A stretch of DNA of 63,581 nucleotides, filler included, from Collodictyon triciliatum (Eukaryota), in the NCBI GenBank assembly GCA_043381765.1. It is 9 parts of 9 records of this genome, joined end to end, with 100 filler letters (N's around TTAATTAATTAA, not from the genome) between each part and the next. Parts side by side here need not be neighbours in the genome. Positions count along the whole stretch, not along the records: positions 22,086 to 29,344 come from JBHJMP010003986.1; positions 29,445 to 36,700 come from JBHJMP010003987.1; positions 36,801 to 44,055 come from JBHJMP010003988.1; 6 more parts are not named here. One strand, 5' to 3'. The position numbers and the translations under genes are program-made. The notes beneath the pieces are model-generated. The model saw only the letters and a program-made list of their open reading frames with translations. It was not told the origin of the DNA and did no database searches. This document shows, piece by piece, positions 26,473-37,700 of this stretch; positions within the stretch are counted from its first letter, which is position 1; each line of letters starts with the position of its first letter.

Positions 26473-27104
26473 CACCGACTCATCAAACAAATGGAGGTCT
26501 TCAGAAGAATAAAGTAAGATTCTATACCCATAATTATGCAAAACGACCAAGAACATAACGCCCCAGATTCGAAAAGGGACATGCCATATATTCGGCTTGT
26601 ATGAGGAAACAAGAGAATAAAAAAAAAACAGAGAAATAGAGAGAACAGAAATAAAAATCAAGTACCCACTGGTGATTCGCCTTATGAAAAAGCAAAAGGA
26701 ACACTTGAGCTTTTTTTTGTATGAATAAGTAGTAAAATAGAGAAAATAGATAGATAGACAGACAGATGAAGAAAAAAATAAACACACAGGTAAAGACAGA
26801 AACATATAAATAAATAAATAAATACAACATGTGGAATGGTCCGTTCTTATTCTAAATCCACAGCACAAGTCTTGCTGCCAACTGATCAAGCAGTCAATCT
26901 CTCTTACTGAGGATTCTTGCTGCCCAAGTGGGACGATTCTCACTGGTGGCTTTCGATTGATCGGGCTGTCGTGTGAAATAGGAAAAAGTACATGTTCGAA
27001 AAAGGAAATAGACCATCTATATCCATTTATGGAAAGGGCGGAAGAGATATAGGCTTCTCTGTTTGCGAGCAGATTTACACAAGTGCCATCGTGGGTGCAC
27101 AATA

Positions 27105-27263
<159 letters not shown>

Positions 27264-27328
27264 GTTGCATTTTCCCTTGCAATTGAGTATCAATTAAGAA
27301 GGTGATTTATAAATTCCATTATTGCCAT

Positions 27329-29084
27329 TTAATCAGAATCAGATGACTCTGATGGACTGGAAGAGCTAGAATCGGAGCTGGATGAATGTTTTCTTTTCTT
27401 TTCTGGGTGCTTGCTGCTTTTCTTCTCCGCTTTCTTGGCCTCTTTCTCCAGCCTTCTCTTTCTCTTCTTTTCTTTCTTCTTTTCTTTCTGTATCAGATAT
27501 TCCAGAATAAATTGAACACAAATTTTAAATTCTCTTATTTCCAAATGATTGCAAACTTTCAAAATAATTCAAAGCGCCCTTCAAATCAAATATTTAAGCA
27601 ACATACTTTTTCTTTCTTTTCCTCTTTTCTTCTTGTCTTTGCTTCTTTCTTCTCCAATTTCTTCTTCAACTTAAGCCTGATTTTTCGAACAAAGATGAGC
27701 ATATATTTAGTTTAAATTCATAAAATAGGGGAGATATACAAAATTGGATCTTATTCGTTAGGTACATAACCATAGCTGTATATGCTTTCGAAGCATAGAT
27801 ATTGCACAAAGACAAAAAAAAGAAGAAAATATTGGAGTAAATTAGCGACGAATCAGGTGGATAGTGATGTTAACAACTTTGCATTCTCTTCAAGGATTCT
27901 TTCCGCTTCTTTTTCCACTTGGTCATCGGTGTCCTCTAAAATGTCGTACTTAACTCCCCGGCTATGGCAGTCGCGAGTTGCATGACCCTTGATGATGATT
28001 GATTCACACATGAATTCATGGATGTGCCATTTGTTTATGTAGCCGTACCACGCCTTGGCATTTGTCGCAAACGATGTGAGAATATATTTGCTCTTCTGTC
28101 ATTGGTGGCGGTTGGTCCTGGTACCTTTTGGAGCGGGTCAATACCATAGATAACTGAACTACATGGCGTTGAATGGAGAAGTTAAACAGGGAATATTATT
28201 AATGATATATATTTAACCCCAGTTTACTCTGGAGAAAATATCCCATGACAGGTCATCATTTGGGCTTTCATGATTCATTTGCAGTAGGTTTTAAGGATAG
28301 ATTGTTAAAATGAAACCATTGTTTTCATCCAAGTCGTTTCCGTCGGACTGACTTGCATACTTCATAGATAAACTAATTTTGTTTGTTCCATCCTGTTGAA
28401 AATAAAAAAAGAGATGAAAATACAAGGATTTTAATTGTTTTTTTTTTGTTTTCGCTATCGTTATTGATACCGTTTTTATATGAATCATTGAAGTGATTAA
28501 CTCAAGGCAAAAAGAAAAAAAGAGAAGAAAACAGTTGGGGTTTTATTCACCTCGATTCCAATCACTTTAACGAAAACCTGAGCGTTCATTTCTATGAATT
28601 CTTCAATCTTCTCCACGCGATAAGACGAAAGTTGTGACTTATGAACAAGGCCTACCTCATCGTGACATATATTCAGGATTATATAACAGGAGGCTATGTC
28701 ACAAAAACTTTTCCGTGTATCAAATAAACAAAAGTCAATATAAACTTATTGAGTGAATATCCAAGTCAAAGTCTAGGTATGATTATCATTAACAGAGGTT
28801 CAAGTAAAACCCACTCCAAAAATAAAGAAAAATAATACATATATTAAAAAGAAAAGAAAAGAGAAAAGCAAAGAACCGTATGTGAAGAGATAGTTGGAGT
28901 AACCTTGTCTTTGGAAGCCTTCCATCCTCACAAAGATGCCAAAGTCCCGGATACTCACAACATGGCCTTTGTGAATGCTATACAGCTTTGGAGGTGCCTC
29001 GTCACTGTTGCGATCTCTGCGTCGCGGCCCGTCAGTCTGCCTAGTCCGACCTCCGCGAAACTCATCCTCGTCCTCAAAATCCAT
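27329..29084 (-). CDS. ZCCHC17: S1 RNA-binding + CCHC zinc knuckle + Lys/Ser-rich nucleolar protein (pNO40-like)
   Basis: S1 domain LYSIHKGHVVSIRDFGIFVRMEGFQRQ|GLVHKSQLS...KISLSMKYASQSDGNDLD, knuckle CDKCQGV|GHATRDC and KKEKKKEKK..SSSSDS tail. Confidence 0.88.
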
Positions 29085-29196
29085 CAATCACAGGGCAGAG
29101 CGGTTGCCCTGGGAAAAGTTTCATTTTTTCTCTGCCCTTTTTCGAGCCTCAAGCGGCAAAACTCTAGAATACAAAGGCCGAGTGCTTTCTTTGGAC

Positions 29197-29235
<39 letters not shown>

Positions 29236-29269
29236 ACACTATATATTTTCTCTCTCTCTGTGAGAGGTT

Positions 29270-29344
<75 letters not shown>

Positions 29345-29444
29345 NNNNNNNNNNNNNNNNNNNNNNNNNNNNNNNNNNNNNNNNNNNNTTAATTAATTAA
29401 NNNNNNNNNNNNNNNNNNNNNNNNNNNNNNNNNNNNNNNNNNNN
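29345..29444. other. Artificial scaffold linker
   Basis: N44-TTAATTAATTAA-N44. Confidence 0.99.
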
Positions 29445-29698
29445 AAAAAAAAAAAAAAAAAACAAAAAAACAAAAAAACAAAAAAAAACAAAAAAACAAA
29501 AAAACAAAAAAAAAACAAAAACACAAAAACAAAAACACAAAACACAGGAACAACCAGACATATGAAATGGATTGATAGCGCTTTGTGCCAAATGAGCAAA
29601 TAACATATCATACACACATACACATATATACATCAAATAAATCATTTCCTTATCTTGTCACTTACTGTAACATATTTACATAATCCATTGTTTTGCAG

Positions 29699-30790
29699 GT
29701 GATTGTCTCTACTTATCAAGGACATGAGTTGGCTTTATATGTGATGCCGGAGGAAACGATATTAGAACTAAAGGAGCGCATAGAAGAGGAGACAAAGTTA
29801 GAATCTGCGAGACAAAGACTAGTCCTGCGAGACACAGAAATACCAGTAATATATTGATTCATTATCATCATCACGGGAAGGACTTTGATGTTTTTAAGCA
29901 TTTGGCCTCGCAGCGCCGTCAATTAATCTGATTCTGAATTACAGAACAACTCGAACGGGCAGCCAAACACTATACAGAGCTCTGGGATTACAGACGGGGC
30001 ATCCCTTCACATAGGCAGGCAAGTCTACACGGAGCACGCAGGACGCAATCGAATCGACACACACAAAGATAGACACGGCAATGCGATAGGAAGTGAGTAC
30101 GATCTGGGGTATGACGGTGCCTTTTCCGGATGCACTGTGGGGGTGCTCCATTTTTACATCGACCCTGGGTTTGACTTCAAAAAGCCCACAGAGACACTCC
30201 AACAGAAAGGGTTCAACGTTGTCCGTTGGGAAAACAAGCCACCGTCTGTTCCTGAGTTCGAGGCCAGCTTACAGAAATGCAGCCAGCTATGGATTATATC
30301 AAACTCCACAGCACTCTTACGAGATGGACACTTGGAGGCCATCGAGCGATTCTTTCGCTCGGGCAAAGGGGTCTATGTCTGGGGTGATAACGAGCCATAC
30401 TATGCAGATGCAAATGCTGTTTGCCAAAGACTCTTCCACTGTTCGATGAGCGGCAATGCGATTGGCTCCAAACACGTGGGGGTTACGAATGATGCGGCCC
30501 GAGCAGGGATTATGCCGCACATGATTAGCACCGGGATTGAGCGCATCTTCGAGGGAGTCACGGTGGCCACTGTCAAACCGAGCGAAGGGATGCGCCCTCT
30601 CATCATCGGCTCTGCAAACAATCTGATTACATCGGTCTATGAGCGTGATGGGAGGCGAGCCATCATCGACGGTGCCTTCACGCGGCTCTACATCAATTGG
30701 GACGATGCAGGGACTGCGCGGTATGTGATCAATGCTGCCTGCTGGCTGGCAAACCACGAGCGCTTTGGGGAGGCCATTTTCCAGGCGTAG
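29699..30790 (+). CDS. Ubiquitin-like domain fused to a ~250-aa alpha/beta (GATase1-like) domain of unknown function, 5'-partial
   Basis: Exon 29699-29845 (VIVSTYQGHELALYVMPEETILELKERIEEETKLESARQRLVL) and the start of exon 29945-30790 (TIQSSGITDGASLHI) follow the ubiquitin pattern. The rest is one uninterrupted exon with GNAIGSEYDLGYDGAF, QLWIIS, GKGVYVWGDNEPYYADAN and DGAFTRLY..WDDAGTARYVINAACWL. Confidence 0.82.
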
Positions 30791-31289
30791 CGCTTCTGCC
30801 CGCCCGGTGTGGATAATGTCCCTTTCCCTTTTTCCCTTTCTTTTCTTTTCCTTCTTTCTTTCTATCTGTCCTTTCCCTGTTCTTTTTCCTTTTTGTTTTG
30901 TTCTCCCTTTTCGCAGGTAGTGTCTGAATCCAGATTGCCCGACATGCGCAATGCTGCTTCACTCTCTCATTCTCTCACTCACTCACTCACTCACTCACTC
31001 ACTCACTCACTCATTCTCTCACTCTCTCACTCTCTCACTCTCTCACTCTCTCACTCTCTCACTCACTCACCCACTCCCAATCTATTGTTTGCTCTTATTC
31101 AAACCAAAGATTTGCACTTCTCGTCCCACTTTGGCGTATGGATTGATTGCTTTTCTTCTAGAGAGAAAACACAAAATAAATAAATCCAAAAAAATCCAAA
31201 AAAAATCCAAAAAAATCCAAAAAAAAATCCAAAAAAAAATCCAAAATAAAATCCAAAATAAAATAAAAGAAAACCAAAGCCGACTGCAG

Positions 31290-32124
31290 ATGGACCCCGC
31301 CAATCCGAGCCGCAAGTCCGATCCGCCCCGGCCCAACCGCAACACGCAAACAACGGCTTCGAGCGGCGATCAAAGTCCACGTTCGGCTTTCGGCGGGTCA
31401 CAAACCACACCGCGATCGGCTGCGCATTCGCTGCGAAGCACCCCGCAAGAAAAAAGCAGCTTCTTTTCGTTTTCCTTTCCGGCCCGAAACTCACCCGGCC
31501 CAAAGAAGCAGAGCGGGTTGATGCTGAGTTCGCCGCAGACTCCGTCCCAAACCACACCGCCGATTCCGCCGCCTGCTTTGACCGGGACACAGACGGAGTC
31601 GGACAGCCGAGCAAACAGGGATTCTGTGCGGCGAACACCGTCGTCGTCTTTGTCCTCGTCGCTCATGAGGCGATTCCAGCGTTCGAACCGGGTTGCGTTG
31701 CAGGACTCAAATGGTGCGCAGCAGCCAGAGAGCCCGAGAGGATTTGGCATTCGGTTCGGGACTGCAAAGCCTAAGGAAGGCATCCAAAGGTGTTGCAATA
31801 TATGTATCTGTTGCTACTTTACTTTACTTTACTTTACTTTACTTTACTTTACTTTACTTTACTTTACTTTACTTTACTTTACTTTACTTTCTTTGTTTTA
31901 ATTTACTTTGTTTAATTTTACGTATACCGCACATTCAATTTAATGCACCGTGGTTTATTTTATTTTAATTATTACATATTTAATAATTACATTATTTTTT
32001 TTTAGGCGTGCAACCGTCTCTGAAAAGCCGGATATCAGTGTCTGGATGGTAGATTGGACTCACATTCAGCACCTCTAATATTTCTAGGCTTTTGAATTCC
32101 CACCCACCCAATTTTCTTAAGTTT

Positions 32125-32221
<97 letters not shown>

Positions 32222-33693
32222 AATAATAGTAAGAATATCTCATTATCCATAGCCTAGTGAACCTCTCGATTCCACTCAAATGGAGTTTGAAAAATCAAAG
32301 CTATTCAAGTTCAAGAGGATATTAGAATGTTCAAACGTTGATATTGGTATTTTACTGTAATTTTTTCCAGGAATATTATTTACAGAACAATTATAAATTG
32401 TTTCACTATTTTCTATCCTTTTTTATTTTATGTATACTTATTTTCTATAAAAATATAAATATATCGATACATCCAGAGGAACTGAGAAAGCTTAGTTGGT
32501 CAGGGGTACCAGAAGAGGTCCGGCCGATGGTTTGGCAGTTGCTAATGGTGGGACAACTAGTGCTCGATAACCTAACTTTATATGTTTTCTTATGCTACAT
32601 GAATACTTTTCCCTTCCCAATTGAGTTTATTTCTTCCACCTTCCTTTTAATCACTATGCAAATACGAAACTAATTTAAAAATCAAACTAGGATTATCTGC
32701 CTTCAAATGCGGACAGAAGAACCGCTACGCTGGCCAGAAAGAGAAATGAATACGTGGAATGTCTTCATCGATATTTTGGAAAATCATCCACCGAGAAAAC
32801 AGAATATGAAGAAGTGATCTTTCGACAAGTAATTCATTCTTTCTATTAACCTGCATCTGTAGATGAGATAACAACGAACAAATGTATCATTCACCCGAAG
32901 TGCAGTGGATTTATCTCCAAAGTTGCAAATTCATGCTGTGTTATTTCCTTTCAAAATAAGAGATGATATGATAATACAATTCAATTTTGAAACGAAAGGA
33001 AATACATGTACAAACGATTCTGTCTTATTTATGTACTTTCATATGATTATTCCAAGTTGAGAACCTATTTTTTTCTTCTCCATTTCATTCATATTGTGTT
33101 TCAAAAAGATCATGTTTACAATTTTGCACTTCAGATTCACATAGATATGCCCCGAACACAGCCCACTGTACCGCTTTTCCAACAAACCGTAGTCCAAGAA
33201 GTAAATTATCGTAAAAATATATCCAAAAATGATAGGACATCTTACATACATACACATTTTGCGAAAGAATTCAATTTTTCACATTTTCTTCGACCATTAT
33301 CAGTTCTTTCAATTGACATTTTCCTCTTCATCTCAAAACCATGTAAATTGCAGTCGCTGGAAAGGATTTTGTACGTTTGGTCCATAAGACACCCTGCCAG
33401 CGGGTATGTCCAAGGAATTAACGATGTAGTCACACCTTTTTTTGTAGTCTTCTTGTCGCAGTACGTTGGTAAGATACTTCTTACATATTGAAACATTCAT
33501 GACGCATTAACATCGCAATACCGTCATTCAACTTTTTATTTCTCTCACCTATCGACGCACATTTATTAGAAGGAGATGTGATGCAATACGATGTCAGTGA
33601 GCTCCCTAAAGAAACCCTTTCTATTGTGGAGGCTGATAGCTACTGGTGCTTGACAAAACTACTGGATAACATCCACGTATGAAGTGCTTCTAT

Positions 33694-33775
<82 letters not shown>

Positions 33776-34597
33776 CTTTCTATCCCCTTTTTTTCGATGG
33801 AGTTCTTGAAAAATGCCATTTTTATAAATGTTTTTTTTTTTTGAATGTGCTCTTTTACTTCCTTCTTTATGCTTCATCGGTGTTGATAAATTCATTTTTT
33901 TTTAAAGGACAACTACACCTTTGCCCAGCCTGGCATCCAAAGGCAGGTACATCGCCTTAAAGAATTAATGAACAGGATAGATGGTAAATTTTCTGATTCA
34001 GAACAAAAGTTGGCATCATATTTTAGGGTACTCTGAAATAAAACAACAAAATTTCATAATTTTTCTACTCACTGTAAAGTTTGCAGTTTTTCTTTTAAAA
34101 AAATAATAAAAATTAATCCGATGACCCTTATAATATACCATTAGCTCCTTTATCGGAACATCTGGAGTTACATAGCATTGAATTTCTGCAATTTGCTTTC
34201 CGTTGGATGAATTGCCTGCTCATCAGGGAACTCTCGTTGAAATTTATCATCAGAATGTGGGATACATACATCGTGGAGGAAAATGGCTTTGTTGATTACC
34301 ATCTGTATGTCTGTGCCTCTTTTCTTCGGAGCTGGTCCGCGAAAATAAGAGAGCAAGACTTTCAGGGGACTATTATGTTCCTTCAGCACATCCCCACGCA
34401 AAACTGGGTGTTGAATGACATCGAGCTGCTTCTGTCTGATGCGTAGGTGTTCGTAATGTATTGATATCGACTCAAGGAAGATAAAGATGAATCACTAACC
34501 TCTTCCTTATACAATTTGTACTCTTTTTCCTCTGTCGTTTTCATATCTTTTTAATAGATTTATGCTTATGAGCAAGTTCCACAAACCCCCAGGATAA
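31290..34597 (+). CDS. TBC1D22: Rab GTPase-activating protein, TBC1D22/Gyp1 family
   Basis: ELRKLSWSGVP, QIHIDMPRT (IxxDxxR finger), LERILYVWSIRHPASGYVQGIND (YxQ finger), EADSYWC, DNYTFAQPGIQ, QFAFRWMNCLLIRE; stop at 34595-34597. Confidence 0.95.
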
Positions 34598-35520
34598 GGC
34601 ACAAAACACGCACTCGGATTTCATCACAAAACTGATTCGGTCTCCATCACCTCCCTTTTTGAATCTGAGATACTTCAAAATGAGACACACATATAATGCT
34701 TTGGTAATACTTATTATTTTCCCCCTTCCCTCATCTATTTTTTTTATGTTTTTTATTGTTGTTACTTTCCTCCTGTTCCTCATGCCCTTAACTCGGTGTC
34801 TCATCAGTAAGAGTGAATGATTTCCTGATAAAGCGAACAAAACCAATCCATAGTTTACCCACATGTATACCATATCCCAAGAAGAAAATGTTCCTAATAA
34901 ATAAATATTGAAAAATAGAATGTAAAAAATAAAATAAAAGTATTAAGAGGACCAAGTTTGCCAATCGATAGATTGGTATACCCCTTCTTGTTTAAACTAT
35001 AACATGAATGATATGAACGCAAACGCTCCTTTCTCTTCCACAAAAAGCCTGAATCCAAAGAACCCACAACCAGCCATCGCCTTGCTCCCTTCACTACCGA
35101 AATCCTTCCATAATCCAGAAACGCATTTAACTTGCACCTCAAAAATTACAAACGTTTGATTTTTTGAAAATTTGAAATTCGCACCTATTCCCAGCACAAG
35201 TCCGCGCGCTACCAAACCTGACTGACTCCAGGCTATAAAGCTTGTGATTCTTGACTGTTTGTCTTGCTTTTGAACAATTAAACTGAATCTCCTGAGACAA
35301 TCCCAAGGCGGCACCCACAAGGAAGAAAATCGTGCCACACAGCAAAAATCCACACAATGTCAGAGTTTGAAGACCAGTAGCGCCTGTCGCTTGAACCAGA
35401 CAAGTCGCACGCGAGACCACGATAACTCACGCACATACACAGACCACCTGAAGTTTGACTCTCACTCCTCTTTTCCACAGACCCAAGCCCACAAAGCAAA
35501 GCGCACACAGCAAACCCGTC

Positions 35521-36542
35521 ATGTCTTGTAAGTCCTCCTCCTGCTCCAAACAAACACTTAACACCCATTGAGAAAATAGCGCCACGAAGCTTTCCGGCCA
35601 ACTCGAGCAAACGGACTCAATCGCGCTCTCTATTCATACGGGAGAGACCCACATTGATAAAATAACACACGTCTGTTTGTCTTTACCTTTTCCCGCAGCT
35701 CATCTTGAAGGAGCACAAGGTTCTTCTCGCGCCGGCCACCTGCAAGCAGACTCTCTCAAGCAGGACAGCAAAGCACCAGAGCGCCAGTCGTCTCCCAACT
35801 CAGAACGCAAAGTCGTCAACTCTGCCGTGGTTGTCGCACTTGCCTCAGTCGCCCTTATGGTGGCCTTCTACGCCTTCACAGGCTCACGCTACACTGCACC
35901 GCCCAGGCCGCCCACTGCCGCCGAGAAGGCTGGCCAGTCGATGAAGCTGGAGATGGATCAGCTTAAGACTGCAATCTCTTCCGAGGTTCGTTTACTTTCC
36001 CCATTTTTTTTTATTACATTTCCCACTTTGTATTATCTTGATTGTTATCTTCCCTTTTCATGCGTGGCTTTACATTATTCCACCTTGTGACATCCTCGTT
36101 ATTTAAAAAAAGAACAATTCTACACAATTCTTTATCTATTTCCCGTGTTTTTGTTCTTTCAAGTCGCCTTCTATCCTAACAAAAGCATTAACTAACTTGT
36201 GTAAAAAAATTATATCGGACCATATAGCTCTACGAGATGGAGAAAGACATCAGCAAACACTTTGGCACTTTTGAGACACTCAAATACGAGCTCAGCCAAC
36301 TTCGCAAGTCGCTCGCTACCAAGGAAGACTATGCCAAGCTGCAAAGATTCGACACTTACTCTGCCCGCGTTGCTTCCCGAGTGGACTCCATGTCCAACGA
36401 GGCCCTGCAGAAGACCCGCTCGTTCATCCGTCAGCTCTTTTCGCAAGCAAAGACTGAGTTCAAGGCCAGCGCAAAATTCACCACTGCTGAAGAGGTTCTC
36501 AGCGAGCAGCTGCTCCAGTTCGAGACTGAGTTCCAGCGCCAA
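35521..36542 (+). CDS. Type II single-pass membrane protein with coiled-coil region, unknown function (3'-truncated)
   Basis: Exons 35521-35527, 35698-35985 and ~36228-36542 in frame with GT-AG; one hydrophobic segment AVVVALASVALMVAFYAF followed by heptad-rich sequence. Confidence 0.7.
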
Positions 36543-36700
36543 GTAAGTATCTTCATCATTCACACAATTCTTGAGCATGGCTCTATTATTCTCTGATTTC
36601 TAGCAAGAGCCACTTCCCAATTAAAGTCCATTATGCGCTAGATAATACATTAGCAAGTAACCACAATATAGGCTCATGATAACCCAGTCAAAATACGATT

Positions 36701-36800
36701 NNNNNNNNNNNNNNNNNNNNNNNNNNNNNNNNNNNNNNNNNNNNTTAATTAATTAANNNNNNNNNNNNNNNNNNNNNNNNNNNNNNNNNNNNNNNNNNNN
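36701..36800. other. Artificial scaffold linker
   Basis: N44-TTAATTAATTAA-N44. Confidence 0.99.
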
Positions 36801-36839
36801 TGTGAGCCGTATTTGATTGGTTGGTGTGAAGATGGACAT
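36801..36839 (-). CDS. SBDS: Ribosome maturation factor SBDS/Sdo1, first 13 codons only
   Basis: ATG TCC ATC TTC ACA CCA ACC AAT CAA ATA CGG CTC ACA = MSIFTPTNQIRLT, the SBDS N-terminus; cut by the scaffold end and missed by the ORF track. Confidence 0.88.
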
Positions 36840-37459
36840 ATGGGTTGCTACAACTTAGTGCGCGTGAGTGCTCGGGTGGAAGGTTGCCCTTGCCGCTTGT
36901 TAGTCAACTTCTTGTTCGCGGGAGTCGATGCCCTTGTGCGACCAGAAGCCAAAAGCTATGACCCAAGAACACGATCAGATCGAAAGAGCGGGCGATCTGA
37001 GAACGTTCGTTTAGGGCGTATGTGGAAAATATTTTGATTGATGCAAATCATGATTGCAAAATCAATGGACTTTCTAAAAGCATATACGACTGTGCTGAAA
37101 AAAAGAATTAATGCACCAGAAGTTAGCGTAAAATGTTTGGTGGGCTGCCGCAGGAAACTCTGCGTTAGGGTATATACCCCCTGGCTAAGAGGGCCTTGCA
37201 GATTACAGCCCCATGAATATTCCGCGGGGCACTATCAAGCAAAATTCAAAGCACAATCTGAATATGCAAGACGTAAAAGTGAAAAACGACGCACACAGAT
37301 ACAAGCGAAATAAATACCATGATAGAGTAATGATAATTCATATATACCACACATGTACATTTTTTTTTTTAGCAAAAATGGTATGAGAGAATCATACAAA
37401 ACATCTAAATTGACGCATAATTGCATCGTTGGGGTTGGATATGATTATTCTATTCGCAC

Positions 37460-37558
<99 letters not shown>

Positions 37559-37700
37559 CTAAAGAGCTTCTAATATAGACGTTCACGAAAATTTCATCCT
37601 CATGAACATTCAATACAAATTCATAGCCGAGTCAAATTTATTTTTATTGAGATAATCTTATTGAGTTTTCTTATCAGCCCGGGGTTGATATAGTTTTGAC

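Noticed and set aside
29103-29116. X-box-like GTTGCCCTGGGAAA upstream of ZCCHC17
   Set aside because: Imperfect single match upstream of a non-ciliary gene.
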